A stretch of DNA of 64,000 nucleotides from Acidobacteriota bacterium (GTDB lineage Bacteria > Acidobacteriota > UBA6911 > RPQK01 > JAJDTT01). Numbering within the stretch: position 1 is the stretch's first letter; every line of letters begins with the position of its first letter. Where the stretch lies: contig CBDCJH010000002.1 of the NCBI GenBank assembly GCA_965217775.1, positions 2,912,001-2,976,000 on the forward strand. Reading direction: 5' to 3'. Position numbers and translations under genes: made by a program. The notes below the pieces were generated by a model. The model ran no database searches and had not been told where the DNA came from. It saw only the letters and a list, made by a program, of their open reading frames with translations. Shown in pieces: positions 38,726 through 49,064 of this stretch.

Positions 38726-40933
38726 ATGAAGCGGCTCGAACGACTCCGGAGAATCTACTGGACGGGAGCGCTTCTCGCCGTCTCCGCGCTCCTGGTCATC
38801 GTAGCCATTCTCTTTCTGAACCCGACCTCCGTCGGCAACCCCCGATTCGTCTCGAATCTGACTCTCTGGTCCGCGGTCTGGGCCATCTACTTCATTGTGG
38901 CTCTGACCCTTCTGTTCATTTTCGCCCGGAATCTCATCAAGCTGCTCTTCGAGCATCGATCCAGCCGGGGACGCACCCGTCTGAAGCGGAAGCTGGTGCT
39001 GACCCTGACCATCATCTCCCTCTTTCCGGCGCTGATTCTCTTTTTCGTGGCGTCCGGACTCATCAACGAGAACCTCAAGCTCTGGTTCAGTTCCCCCTCC
39101 GAGGACCTTCTGGAAGCGGCTGAGATCATTGCCGCAAGCTATTACGAAGAGAAGAAGACCGTGAGCATGGTTGCGGCGCGCGCCCTCACCGGTCAGATCG
39201 ATTGGAACAGCTTCAGCTTCGACTCCGCTTTGCTCGGCCGCCTTGCCGATCTCGGGTTCAACGGCCTGATCCTGGTGGATCGGGACCGGAAGATCCGATT
39301 CCGGCAAGGCGATTGGGCGGATGCATCCTGGGACCGGGCGCTGGATCGGATCCTGGAAGGCAGCGAGTACTATGCCGTTTCCTTTCAGGCCGACCAGAAC
39401 CGGCGCAGGTTCGTGGACCGGGGATTGGCTGCGGTTCCGGCTCGAGGTTCCGAGGGCTCGGTGCTGGGGGGCCTGGTGGCCAGCTTCGTCCTGCCCGACA
39501 GCGTCGCCTTCCGCAATCTGGAAGTGCAGACCGCGTCGGAGAAGCATCGCCAGTTGATGAGCAAACGGCAACAGTTCGAAAAAAGCTACTTCTTGATTAT
39601 GGCGGTCACCACCCTGGTCGTGGTGGTCGTTTTCGTCTGGCTGGGCAGCTACATGGCCAGAAGAATCACGGTTCCGCTGGAGGCCCTGGCCCAGGGCGCA
39701 CGGGAGCTTGCCGAAGGGCATCTCGACCACCGGGTGGAGCAGAAGGCGGTGGACGAGTTGGGGATCCTGGTTGACTCCTTCAACCGGATGGCCGACGAGA
39801 TCCACCATAGCCGGCGGCGGCTGGAGCAGGCCAACGCCGAGTTGCGGGAGACCAACCAGCGCCTGGACGAACGCCGGAAGTACATCGAGACCATCCTCGA
39901 GAATATCGCCACCGGCGTGGTGAGCGTCGATCGGAATGATGTGATTCGCACCGCCAACAAGGCGGCCATGGAAATGTTCGGGGCGGGACCGGAGCAGATC
40001 CTGAACCGGCCCTTGACCCGCGTTCTGGAACCGGATGTCTACGCCGATTTTCAAGATATGAAAAACCGCGTGAGCCTGTTCAGCACCGACCGGCGACGGG
40101 TCAACTTCAAGCGAGGCCAGGGGCAACTGCCACTCACCGTCACCGTCACCACCACCGACCTGCCGTTCAAGAACGGCGTCGAGCACCTGGTCGTCCTGGA
40201 CGACCTCACGGAACTGATCCGGGCGGAGAAATTCGCCGCCTGGCAGGAGGTCGCCAGACGCCTGGCTCACGAGATCAAGAACCCGCTGACCCCGATTCAA
40301 CTCTCGGCCGACCGCATCCGGAACCGCTTCCACAGGATCGAGATAACCCTCCCCAAGACTCGAGAGACCCGCGCCTTTGGCGAGGCGTTGACAGAAGCGA
40401 CCACACTGATCACCGCAGAGGCGGCCACACTCAAGACCCTGGTCGAGGAGTTCTCCCGTTTCGCACGGCTTCCCATCTGCCATCCCGTGGAGATCGATCC
40501 GGCCAAACTCGTGGAACAGACCCTCGCCCGCTACGACGGGGCCTTGAAGAGCGTCGGGGTGAGCACCCGTTTCGACCCCAGAATCAAGACCGTGCGCTGG
40601 GACCCGGTCCAGATTCAACGGGTCTTCGTCAACCTGATCGACAACTCCCTCGATGCCCTGGTCGAAGTCAAGGGCCGCCGTCAGATCGAGATTCGCAGCC
40701 GTTACAATCCAGTGCGAGGTTCGGTGGTGGTCGAATTCGAAGACAACGGAACCGGGATCGCCCCGGAAGACTACGAGAATCTCTTCCTCCCCTACTTCTC
40801 CACCAAGAAGAGGGGCACAGGCCTGGGGCTGGCCATCGTGAGACAGATCGTCTCCGAGCACAACGGTTTCATCCGGGCGGAACGGAACGAGCCCCGCGGC
40901 ACCCGCTTCATCATGGAGTTTCCGTACCTATGA
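38726..40933 (+). CDS. ntrY: NtrY-like sensor histidine kinase (TM, HAMP, PAS, HisKA)
   Basis: AWQEVARRLAHEIKNPLTPIQLSA, HAMP DELGILVDSFNRM, LPYFSTKKRGTGLGL. Confidence 0.85.
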   Translation: MKRLERLRRIYWTGALLAVSALLVIVAILFLNPTSVGNPRFVSNLTLWSAVWAIYFIVALTLLFIFARNLIKLLFEHRSSRGRTRLKRKLVLTLTIISLFPALILFFVASGLINENLKLWFSSPSEDLLEAAEIIAASYYEEKKTVSMVAARALTGQIDWNSFSFDSALLGRLADLGFNGLILVDRDRKIRFRQGDWADASWDRALDRILEGSEYYAVSFQADQNRRRFVDRGLAAVPARGSEGSVLGGLVASFVLPDSVAFRNLEVQTASEKHRQLMSKRQQFEKSYFLIMAVTTLVVVVVFVWLGSYMARRITVPLEALAQGARELAEGHLDHRVEQKAVDELGILVDSFNRMADEIHHSRRRLEQANAELRETNQRLDERRKYIETILENIATGVVSVDRNDVIRTANKAAMEMFGAGPEQILNRPLTRVLEPDVYADFQDMKNRVSLFSTDRRRVNFKRGQGQLPLTVTVTTTDLPFKNGVEHLVVLDDLTELIRAEKFAAWQEVARRLAHEIKNPLTPIQLSADRIRNRFHRIEITLPKTRETRAFGEALTEATTLITAEAATLKTLVEEFSRFARLPICHPVEIDPAKLVEQTLARYDGALKSVGVSTRFDPRIKTVRWDPVQIQRVFVNLIDNSLDALVEVKGRRQIEIRSRYNPVRGSVVVEFEDNGTGIAPEDYENLFLPYFSTKKRGTGLGLAIVRQIVSEHNGFIRAERNEPRGTRFIMEFPYL

Positions 40934-42387
40934 TCGACACTGCCGGCAAGACTCTGGGGTTCGATCCGATCAGGACCGGACGCCATCCCGGAATCCGACT
41001 GTTGATCGTGGACGACAACCGGAGCGTGCTCCGTTCGTTGGACGGCGTCCTGAGAGACGAGGGCTATCTGGTGGATACGGCGGCCAGCGCCGAGGAAGGG
41101 CTGCGCCTCGTGGACAGGACCACTTACGACGCCATCTTCCTGGACGTCTGGTTGCCCGGTATGGACGGGATCGATGCGCTCAAGCGGATTCGATCCCGGC
41201 GCCCGCGGCAGTACGTCATCATGATCTCCGGCCACGGCACCATCGAGACCGCGGTCCGGGCCACCAAGCTGGGAGCGTACGACTTCATCGAAAAACCGCT
41301 GGCCCGCGACAAGGTCTTGCTGGTGCTGGACCATGCCCTCAAGCAGAAACGCCTGGAGACGGAAAACCGGAGTCTGAAGGACCTGATCCGGCAGGATACG
41401 GTGATGATCGGCACCTCGGTGCCGATGCAGGCGCTGCGGCAACAGATCGACTTCGCGGCCCCCACGGAGGGAAGGGTGGTCATTTACGGCGAGAACGGCA
41501 CCGGCAAAGAACTGGTGGCGCGGCTGCTCCATCTCAACAGCGCGCGGCGGGAGGGCCCGTTCGTCGAAGTCAACTGCGCGGCCATACCGGACGACCTGAT
41601 CGAGAGCGAACTGTTCGGCAGCGTCAAGGGTGGGTTCACGGGGTCGACCGAGAACCGGAAGGGGCGCTTCGAGCTGGCCGACGGTGGAACGCTCTTTCTG
41701 GACGAAGTGGCGGACATGAGTCTCAAGACCCAGGCCCGGGTGCTGAGGGTGCTGGAGGATCAACGGTTTTATCCGGTGGGCAGCCAGCGGCCCACCGAGG
41801 TGGATGCGCGCGTCCTGGCGGCGACCAACAAGGATCTGGAGAAGGAGATCGAAACCGGCCGGTTCCGGGAGGATCTCTTTTTCCGGCTCAACGTCATCCC
41901 CTTCGAAGTCCCGCCACTGCGGGAGCGCAAGGAGGACATTCCCCTGCTTCTGGACTACTTCATGGAGGTGCTCAGTCCCCATCATGGAAAACCGGGAAAG
42001 GTCATTCCTCCCGAGGTGCGGGAACGGCTTCTCCGATATCACTGGCCGGGAAACGTCCGCGAGCTGCGCAACATGGTCGAGCGTTGGATTATCATGGTTC
42101 CCGGTGGCCGGGTGGAGCTTTCGGACCTTCCCCGGTCCATCCTGGACGGAGCCGGCGCCTCCCGGCCGGAGTCCCGGAGCTGGCAGGAGGCCCGCGCCGC
42201 GTTCGAGTCTGATTTCCTGACCCGAAAGCTGCGGGGAAATGGCGGCAACATTTCCAGGACCGCCATCGAGATCGGGATGGAGCGTTCTCACCTGCACCGG
42301 AAACTCAAGGCCTACGGGATCAGCGTCGGCGCCTCGCGCGGAAAGCGCGGGGTCCGCCAGGCCCGGGGACGGAGCGCGAGCCGCTGA
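40930..42387 (+). CDS. ntrX: NtrX-like sigma54 response regulator
   Basis: [49 protein letters not shown]; ATGA overlap with the kinase. Confidence 0.85.
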   Translation: MIDTAGKTLGFDPIRTGRHPGIRLLIVDDNRSVLRSLDGVLRDEGYLVDTAASAEEGLRLVDRTTYDAIFLDVWLPGMDGIDALKRIRSRRPRQYVIMISGHGTIETAVRATKLGAYDFIEKPLARDKVLLVLDHALKQKRLETENRSLKDLIRQDTVMIGTSVPMQALRQQIDFAAPTEGRVVIYGENGTGKELVARLLHLNSARREGPFVEVNCAAIPDDLIESELFGSVKGGFTGSTENRKGRFELADGGTLFLDEVADMSLKTQARVLRVLEDQRFYPVGSQRPTEVDARVLAATNKDLEKEIETGRFREDLFFRLNVIPFEVPPLRERKEDIPLLLDYFMEVLSPHHGKPGKVIPPEVRERLLRYHWPGNVRELRNMVERWIIMVPGGRVELSDLPRSILDGAGASRPESRSWQEARAAFESDFLTRKLRGNGGNISRTAIEIGMERSHLHRKLKAYGISVGASRGKRGVRQARGRSASR

Positions 42388-42407
42388 CCGATTCGAGCTC
42401 GAGGTTC

Positions 42408-43313
42408 ATGCAAGCACTGATGGCATCCTTCATCGACCATTTGAGATTCGAGAAGAACTACTCTCCCCACACCGTGAAGAGCTACTCCCGCGACCTGGAG
42501 CAATTCTTCCGCCACCTGACTGCCGGCCGCACCGACAGAAAGATCAAGCCCTCCGATCTGGATCACATCACCATCCGGGAGTTTCTGAGCCGGCTGAGCC
42601 AGGCGGGGAACCGGAAGGTGACCATCGCTCGAAAACTGTCGGTATTGCGGTCCTTCTTCCGCTACCTCTACCGGGAGGGGCATCTGGACCGGAACCCGGC
42701 CAAGTTGGTTCGGACTCCCCGCCAGCCACTCAAGACACCCCGCTTTCTCTCTCTTTCGGAGGTCGAATCCATCCTGACTCTGCCCCCGGCAGCGACCTCG
42801 AAGGGACTCCGGGACCGGGCCATCCTCGAACTCCTCTATGCCAGCGGCCTGCGCGTGGGAGAGCTGGTCGGCCTGAACCTGATCGACCTCTCCATGACCC
42901 GCCAACTGGTACGGGTCCGGGGAAAGGGCAACAAGGAGCGCGTGGTCCCCTTCGGGGAGCCTTCCCGGGCGAGTCTCACCGCCTACCTGGAGGCCCGGCG
43001 GCGCATCCTGGCCAAGCGCAAGGACAGTCCGGAAACCCCGGCCCTGTTCCTGAATCTTCGCGGAGGCCGTCTCAGCGCCCGGTCGGTCCAGAGAAACCTG
43101 GGAACCTACGTCCGGCAAGCTGCATTGCTGCTGGACGTCCATCCTCACCTGTTGCGCCATTCCTTCGCCACGCATCTGCTCAACAACGGCGCCGACCTGC
43201 GCTCGATTCAGGAGCTCCTGGGACACGAGAGCCTCTCCACCACTCAGCGCTATACCCATGTCTCCATCGAGCATCTCCAAAAGGTCTACCGAGCCGCTCA
43301 TCCCAAGGCCTGA
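42408..43313 (+). CDS. xerC: Tyrosine recombinase XerC
   Basis: RDRAILELLYASGLRVGEL, GKGNKER, HPHLLRHSFATHLL, LLGH...TTQRYTH; 301 aa. Confidence 0.88.
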   Translation: MQALMASFIDHLRFEKNYSPHTVKSYSRDLEQFFRHLTAGRTDRKIKPSDLDHITIREFLSRLSQAGNRKVTIARKLSVLRSFFRYLYREGHLDRNPAKLVRTPRQPLKTPRFLSLSEVESILTLPPAATSKGLRDRAILELLYASGLRVGELVGLNLIDLSMTRQLVRVRGKGNKERVVPFGEPSRASLTAYLEARRRILAKRKDSPETPALFLNLRGGRLSARSVQRNLGTYVRQAALLLDVHPHLLRHSFATHLLNNGADLRSIQELLGHESLSTTQRYTHVSIEHLQKVYRAAHPKA

Positions 43314-43324
43314 CCTGCGGCGGG

Positions 43325-43367
43325 GTAGGGGCGCCCGTTGTGGGTGCCCTCTTCCGTCCAAATCGGA
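43325..43367 (+). repeat. Family B GTAG REP plus tail
   Basis: GTAGGGGCGCCCGTTGTGGGTGCCC-TCTTCCGTCCAAATCGGA; nearly identical to 50831-50873. Confidence 0.8.
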
Positions 43368-43537
43368 TTAACAGCCCGTGGCAAAAGTCGTCACGGCATT
43401 CGACCGTCCCTGCGTCCTGCCGCTGCTGTGCGTTGCGACTCGGTCACATACTCCCGGTATGCTCCCTCCGAAGCGCCTTGTCCGGCGGGCGCAGGAACGG
43501 TCTCGGTGCTCGCGGGACTTTCGCCACGGACTGTCAA
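43368..43537 (+). mobile_element. Family A MITE, full copy
   Basis: TTAA-CAGCCCGTGGCAAAAGTC ... GACTTTCGCCACGGACTG-TCAA. Confidence 0.88.
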
Positions 43538-43673
43538 GACACGGCCAATTGAAGATCCGGCGGCTGGAAAACCAACGCGACGGCGAAGAATTTTGGGTTC
43601 CGGCCAAGCCGGGTAGAGGAATGAGAAGTGAGAGAAGAGGATCTCGCTGACCGGTCCCGTCCCCCGCGTCAGG

Positions 43674-43703
43674 TTGCCAGCCGACACCCTTCTCTGCTAG
43701 ATT
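43674..43703 (+). promoter_or_regulatory. Putative sigma70 promoter for rpsO-pnp
   Basis: TTGCCA-N18-TAGATT with an extended -10 TG. Confidence 0.45.
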
Positions 43704-43724
43704 GACGCACGAACGAAGAAGAAA

Positions 43725-43991
43725 ATGTTGACGAAGGAACGGAAAGAAGAGCTCATCAGAGGCTACCAGTTGCACGGAACCGATACCGGCTCGCCCGAAG
43801 TCCAGGTTGCCATTCTGAGCCACCGTATCGGCTACCTCACTGAACACTTCAAGTCCCACAAGAAAGACCACCACTCCCGGCGGGGACTCCTGAAACTCGT
43901 CGGCCAGAGGCGGCGGCTTCTGGACTATCTGAAACGGATGGACTTCGTCCGCTACAAGGAGCTGATAGGTCGTCTGGGAATTCGCAAGTGA
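43725..43991 (+). CDS. rpsO: 30S ribosomal protein S15
   Basis: [37 protein letters not shown]. Confidence 0.98.
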   Translation: MLTKERKEELIRGYQLHGTDTGSPEVQVAILSHRIGYLTEHFKSHKKDHHSRRGLLKLVGQRRRLLDYLKRMDFVRYKELIGRLGIRK

Positions 43992-44162
43992 ACAGGGGCA
44001 TACCCGACCACAGTGGTTCGAATTCTTGACCGCGGCGACCCTCCGGCCACCGGCTTCCGGGCCGGACGGTCATGAGTTCCCACACACCGGGTGAGATTCC
44101 GCTCTCCCGGGTACCGCAATGGCTGCGATCGATTCCATACACCCTGAATTCAAGGAGAAAGA

Positions 44163-46391
44163 ATGTCGGAGAAAATCGAAGTACATCTGGACGGCAAAGT
44201 CCTTTCCATCGAAACCGGCAGCATGGCCAAACAAGCCGACGGTGCGGCCGTGGTTCGTCTCGAAGAGACCATGGTCCTGGTTTCGGCCTGTTCTCAACGT
44301 GAGCCTCGGGAGAACCTGAGCTTCTTCCCGCTCACCTGTGACTACCGGGAATACACCTATGCCGCGGGCAAGATTCCGGGAGGTTTTTTCAAACGGGAAG
44401 GAAGACCCTCCGAAAAAGAGGTTCTGACGAGTCGCCTCATCGACCGTCCCATCCGTCCGCTCTTCCCGGACGGCTATGCTTGCGAGACTCAGATCGTGGC
44501 CATGGTGATGTCGGCCGACCCGGAGACGAACCCCGATATTCTGGCTCTGAATGGCGCGTCGGCGGCACTGGCGCTGTCCGACATCCCCTTCCCGTATCCC
44601 CTGGGGGCGGTGCGGGTGGGCCGCGTCGACGGCCGGTTCATCCTCAACCCCAGCTACTCCCAGTTGGAAGAGAGCGATCTGAATCTGATCCTTTCCGGCT
44701 CCTGGGACGGTATCACCATGGTGGAAGCCACCATGCGGGAGGTCTCCGAGCAGGTCGTCGTCGAGGCCATCGAATATGGTCACGAGCACGGAATCCGGCC
44801 CGTCATCGAGGGGATTCGAGAGCTGGCGGGGCGCCGGCCCGTTGCCAAACGGACCGTGGAGCCCAAGGCTCTCGACCCGGAACTCGTGGAGCAGGTCGAG
44901 TCCCTGGCCAAGGAGAAGATTCTGGAGGCTCTCCATACCCACGGGAAGTTGGCCAGCGAACGGAAAATGAGTGACTCCAAGGGTGAGGTCCTCAATTCCA
45001 TCCCCGACGAGACCGGCGAGAAGAGGTCCGCGGCGGGAGACTGCTTCAACCGGCTCAAGGAAAGGCTGTTTCGGGAGCGGCTGCTGCGGGATGGACGCCG
45101 CCCCGACGGCCGGAGCTTCGACCAGGTCAGGGCCATTTCCAGCGAAGTCGGCTTGCTGCCGCGGGCGCACGGATCGGCCCTTTTCACGCGAGGGGAGACC
45201 CAGGCCCTGGTGACGGCCACGCTGGGCACCGGAGATGACGCCCAACGCCTGGATCTGCTCACCGGGGAAAGCTCGAAACGCTTCATGCTCCACTACAACT
45301 TCCCCCCCTTCAGCGTGGGCGAGGTGAGGTTCCTGAGAGGCCCGGGACGCCGGGAAATCGGACACGGCGTGCTAGCGGAGAGAGCCGTCACGCCGATGCT
45401 TCCATCCGAGGAGGAGTTCCCTTACACGGTCCGCGTGGTGTCGGACATCCTGGAGTCCAACGGCTCGTCGTCCATGGCAACCGTCTGCGGCGCCATCATG
45501 GCGTTGCAGGACGCAGGCGTGCCCCTCAAGGGCTCCATCGCCGGCATCGCCATGGGACTGGTCAAGGAGGGTGACGACTACGCCGTCCTTTCTGATATCG
45601 CCGGATTCGAGGACCACTACGGCGATATGGACTTCAAGGTCGCCGGCAGCCGGAACGGCATCACCGCCCTGCAGATGGACATCAAGATTGCGGGGGTCAC
45701 GCGAGAGCTGATGGAGGAAGCGCTGCTCCAGGCCCGTCAGGGCCGGCTCCATATCCTGGATCGGATGGCGGCGACCATTGCCGAGCCGCGCCCCGACATT
45801 TCCAAGTTGGCGCCCCGTATCGTCACCATCAAGATCCCGGTCAAGAAGATCGGCGGCGTCATCGGTCCCGGTGGGAAGATGATCCGCAGCATCATCGATC
45901 AGACGGGGGTCAAGATCGACATCGAGGACGACGGCACGGTAAACATCGCTTCCACCAGTAGCGAGGCGACCGATAAGGCGATCCGGATCATCGAGGAGCT
46001 GACGGCCACCGCCGAGATCGGCAAGACCTATCTGGGGACGGTGGTGAAAGTGGTGGACTTCGGAGCCTTCGTCGAGATTTTCCCGGGAACGGAGGGTCTG
46101 CTGCACATCTCCGAGGTCGCGGAACATCGGATCCGGGACATCCGCCAGGAGATCAACAATGGGGACAAGATGATGGTCAAAGTCCTCAATGTCGACGACA
46201 ACAACAAGATCCGGCTCAGCCGCCGCGCCGTGCTCAGAGACCAGCAAGGAGTTCAAGAGCAGCCCCGGAATCGAGAGCGGCCCCGGAATCGAGGGCAGGC
46301 CCGGAATCGAGGGCAGGCCGGGAATCGAGGGCAGGCCGGGAATCGAGGGCAGGCCGGGAATCGCCGGAGGCGCCGCCGGCAGCGCCGATGA
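44163..46391 (+). CDS. pnp: Polyribonucleotide nucleotidyltransferase
   Basis: [46 protein letters not shown] and S1 domains. Confidence 0.98.
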   Translation: MSEKIEVHLDGKVLSIETGSMAKQADGAAVVRLEETMVLVSACSQREPRENLSFFPLTCDYREYTYAAGKIPGGFFKREGRPSEKEVLTSRLIDRPIRPLFPDGYACETQIVAMVMSADPETNPDILALNGASAALALSDIPFPYPLGAVRVGRVDGRFILNPSYSQLEESDLNLILSGSWDGITMVEATMREVSEQVVVEAIEYGHEHGIRPVIEGIRELAGRRPVAKRTVEPKALDPELVEQVESLAKEKILEALHTHGKLASERKMSDSKGEVLNSIPDETGEKRSAAGDCFNRLKERLFRERLLRDGRRPDGRSFDQVRAISSEVGLLPRAHGSALFTRGETQALVTATLGTGDDAQRLDLLTGESSKRFMLHYNFPPFSVGEVRFLRGPGRREIGHGVLAERAVTPMLPSEEEFPYTVRVVSDILESNGSSSMATVCGAIMALQDAGVPLKGSIAGIAMGLVKEGDDYAVLSDIAGFEDHYGDMDFKVAGSRNGITALQMDIKIAGVTRELMEEALLQARQGRLHILDRMAATIAEPRPDISKLAPRIVTIKIPVKKIGGVIGPGGKMIRSIIDQTGVKIDIEDDGTVNIASTSSEATDKAIRIIEELTATAEIGKTYLGTVVKVVDFGAFVEIFPGTEGLLHISEVAEHRIRDIRQEINNGDKMMVKVLNVDDNNKIRLSRRAVLRDQQGVQEQPRNRERPRNRGQARNRGQAGNRGQAGNRGQAGNRRRRRRQRR
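46263..46363 (+). repeat. In-frame 18-bp tandem repeat (about 5.6 units) in the pnp C-terminus
   Basis: Units related to GCCGGGAATCGAGGGCAG, encoding [33 protein letters not shown]. Confidence 0.92.
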
Positions 46392-47146
46392 TCCCGGAAT
46401 CGCTGAAGCAAGCTCTTCGCGATTTCAGGGAGGGCCGTCTACCCGAGGCGGAGTTGCTTCGGCTACTCCATGATCTGCCCTATGAAGACCTGGATTTTGC
46501 CAAGGTCGACCACCACCGGAGTCTCCGGCATGGCTTCCCCGAGGTCATTTTCGGGAGGGGCAAGAGTCCGGACCAGATCCTCGGAATTGCCGAGTCGCTG
46601 TTGGAGCACCACTCCAACCTGCTGATCACTTCCGCCAGCGAGGGAGTCCACACCCGATTGAAAGCCACCTGCCCGGAAGCGGTGTTCCACCCACGGAGCC
46701 GGATTCTGGAGGTGGTCCGGGATCCGGTCGATCAGGGCCGGGGCACCATCGGGGTCTTCGCCGCCGGCACCGCGGACATCCCGGTCGCCGAAGAGGCCTT
46801 GGTCACGGCAACCGTCATGGGCAACAAGGCCGTCCCTTGCTACGACGTGGGTGTGGCGGGGCTGCATCGCATCCTGGGACAGCGGGAGCTGTTGGCGTCA
46901 TGCACGGTGGTGATCGCCGTTGCCGGCATGGAAGGAGCCCTTCCCAGCGTGGTCGGCGGCCTGGTCGATCTGCCTGTGATCGCGGTTCCCACCAGCGTGG
47001 GGTACGGGGCTTCCTTCGGCGGTCTGGCCGCACTTCTGGGCATGCTCAACAGTTGTGCCGCGAACGTATCCGTGGTGAACATCGACAATGGGTTCGGCGC
47101 CGGCTACGTGGCCAGCATGATCAACCGGCGGCGGGACTGCGACTGA
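46388..47146 (+). CDS. larB: Nickel-pincer cofactor biosynthesis protein LarB (PurE-related)
   Basis: [56 protein letters not shown]. Confidence 0.92.
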   Translation: MIPESLKQALRDFREGRLPEAELLRLLHDLPYEDLDFAKVDHHRSLRHGFPEVIFGRGKSPDQILGIAESLLEHHSNLLITSASEGVHTRLKATCPEAVFHPRSRILEVVRDPVDQGRGTIGVFAAGTADIPVAEEALVTATVMGNKAVPCYDVGVAGLHRILGQRELLASCTVVIAVAGMEGALPSVVGGLVDLPVIAVPTSVGYGASFGGLAALLGMLNSCAANVSVVNIDNGFGAGYVASMINRRRDCD

Positions 47147-47168
47147 TCCGGCCTGATTCTGGTAAGTT

Positions 47169-47195
47169 CTAACCGGAGTATCTCACCGGGTCGCT
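47169..47195 (+). repeat. Degenerate family C terminal repeat
   Basis: CTAACCGGAGTATCTCACCGGGTCGCT versus the family C end CTAGCCCGCATTTCTCACCAGGTCGCT. Confidence 0.5.
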
Positions 47196-47301
47196 GGGGA
47201 CACGACAAAGAAAGGACCCTTTTTCGGGCACGTACCCGTTTCGGTATGGAAGTCATCCGGGCCCAAGCTGGGGCGGGCGCGTTTCCGGGCACGAATAAGG
47301 G

Positions 47302-49047
47302 ATGAAGTTCGACGACCGGATCGTGGAACAGATCCGCAACAGCATCAATATCGTGGATCTGATCGGCGGCTACCTCCCGCTGAAAAAGCAGGGACAAAAC
47401 CACTCTGCCCTCTGCCCCTTCCATGCCGAAAAGACCCCTTCGTTTCTGGTCAGCGACAGCAAGCAGATCTTCAAGTGTTTTGGGTGCGGTGCCGGAGGGG
47501 ACATCTTCAAGTTCATCATGCTGATGGAAAACCGGACCTTTCCCGAAGCGGTGATGTTTCTGGGGGAGCGCTCGGGTATCACGGTGCGCCAGGCAGCCGA
47601 GAGCCAGAGCCCCGGGACCCAGCGAACGCAGCGCCTCCGTCAAGCCATGGAGCTGGCCGGGGGACTCTACCGCCAGTTCCTGGAACGGTCGGGAGCGGCC
47701 CAGGACTATCTGCAGAACCGGCAGATCAACCGTGAGACCACCGAACGATTCCAGATCGGGTACGCCCCGGGCGGAGGCCAACTGGTTGCCGACCTTAACC
47801 GTGAAGGATTCACGGATCAGGAACTGATGGCCTGTGGTCTGGTCAAGGAGGGAAAAGGGGGCCACAGCTACGAGCATCTGCGGCGTCGCGTAGTGTTCCC
47901 GATCCGGGATCTTCAAGGACGGATTGTGGCCTTCGGCGGACGGATCATGGGTGACGGAATTCCCAAATACCTCAACTCTCCGGACACCGATCTCTACAAG
48001 AAGGGCGCCAATCTGTACGCTCTGGAGCTGAGCCGCCCGGAGATCCGAAGGCGGGGATTCGCCATTCTGGTCGAGGGCTATTTCGACTGTGTCATGCCCC
48101 ACCAGTTCGGCTTCGGGAACGTGATCGCCGTCCTGGGCACCAGTCTGACCACGGATCAGGCCAAGCTGCTGCGGCACTATACGCGTCGAGTCGTGATCAA
48201 CTACGATCCGGACACGGCCGGAGCCAACGCGACTTTGCGCTCGGCCGACATCTTCGTGCGCGAAGGCTTCAATGTGAGCATCGCCCAGATTCCAGGAGGC
48301 CAGGATCCCGACTCCTTTTTGAGAGACCATGGGGCTCAGGCCTACGTTGACGTGCTGCGATCGTCCGTCCCTCTTCTGTCTTTCCTGCTCTCCTGGCTGA
48401 TTCGCCAGCAGAAGGATCCGTACAGTCCCGGGGGTAAACGGGAAATCGTCGAACAGGTCATGCCCCACCTCGCCGCGATCGCCAATCGAATCGAGCGCGC
48501 CGAAGCCGTGTCCCGGACCGCCACGCTGCTGAGACTGGATGAGAATCTGATCCTGGCGGAGATGCGCTACGTCCGGAAACCCCAGTCCCGCCACCTCCCC
48601 GCGACCCTGTCTCCACGGCCGGTGACGGTCACTCAGGCGGAGAAGACGCTGGTGCTGGCCGCCCTGGATCCGGCCCACCAGCACCGGGTCTTCAGCGAGC
48701 TGGAAACCGACTGGTTCGGGAACCTGGGATCGGGCAAGATCTTCGAGGCCTTGTTCGACTTGAACCGCCAGCAGCGGGGGCTGACGGCGGCAGCGGCCTC
48801 GGAGCGGCTCGACCCGGAGAACCGGGATCTCCTGGAAAACCTGGCCCTGGCCGACGACTCGCTTTCGGAAGAGATTGTGGTCGAGTGCATTCGAGCACTG
48901 AGGCGAAAGCATTTCGAGAACCTGAGCCGACGGGTCCAGGAACAGATTCTGGAAGAGGAGAAGAACACTGAGTCAACGGGGATCTTGCGTGAGCTTCTGG
49001 CAAGAAAGGAGCGGATCCGCAAGAAAATAGAGTTCGATCTTGTATAA
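47302..49047 (+). CDS. dnaG: DNA primase
   Basis: [11 protein letters not shown] zinc finger, [28 protein letters not shown]. Confidence 0.97.
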   Translation: MKFDDRIVEQIRNSINIVDLIGGYLPLKKQGQNHSALCPFHAEKTPSFLVSDSKQIFKCFGCGAGGDIFKFIMLMENRTFPEAVMFLGERSGITVRQAAESQSPGTQRTQRLRQAMELAGGLYRQFLERSGAAQDYLQNRQINRETTERFQIGYAPGGGQLVADLNREGFTDQELMACGLVKEGKGGHSYEHLRRRVVFPIRDLQGRIVAFGGRIMGDGIPKYLNSPDTDLYKKGANLYALELSRPEIRRRGFAILVEGYFDCVMPHQFGFGNVIAVLGTSLTTDQAKLLRHYTRRVVINYDPDTAGANATLRSADIFVREGFNVSIAQIPGGQDPDSFLRDHGAQAYVDVLRSSVPLLSFLLSWLIRQQKDPYSPGGKREIVEQVMPHLAAIANRIERAEAVSRTATLLRLDENLILAEMRYVRKPQSRHLPATLSPRPVTVTQAEKTLVLAALDPAHQHRVFSELETDWFGNLGSGKIFEALFDLNRQQRGLTAAAASERLDPENRDLLENLALADDSLSEEIVVECIRALRRKHFENLSRRVQEQILEEEKNTESTGILRELLARKERIRKKIEFDLV

Positions 49048-49064
49048 TGGGGGCGGCTGGCGGC

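Noticed and set aside
42408-43313. Tyrosine recombinase as a phage or island integrase, or as the mobiliser of the MITEs
   Set aside because: Size and motifs are those of housekeeping XerC in a core-gene context; the MITE ends look like DDE-type TIRs.
46263-46363. Tandem repeat as a CRISPR array
   Set aside because: No spacers, 18-bp units in frame within pnp, and no cas genes.
38687-48912. Long antisense ORFs (e.g. 38687-40861, 40792-42297, 47104-48912; also 30544-32205 and 7887-9701)
   Set aside because: Shadow or alternative frames of well-conserved genes, expected in high-GC DNA; no motifs.
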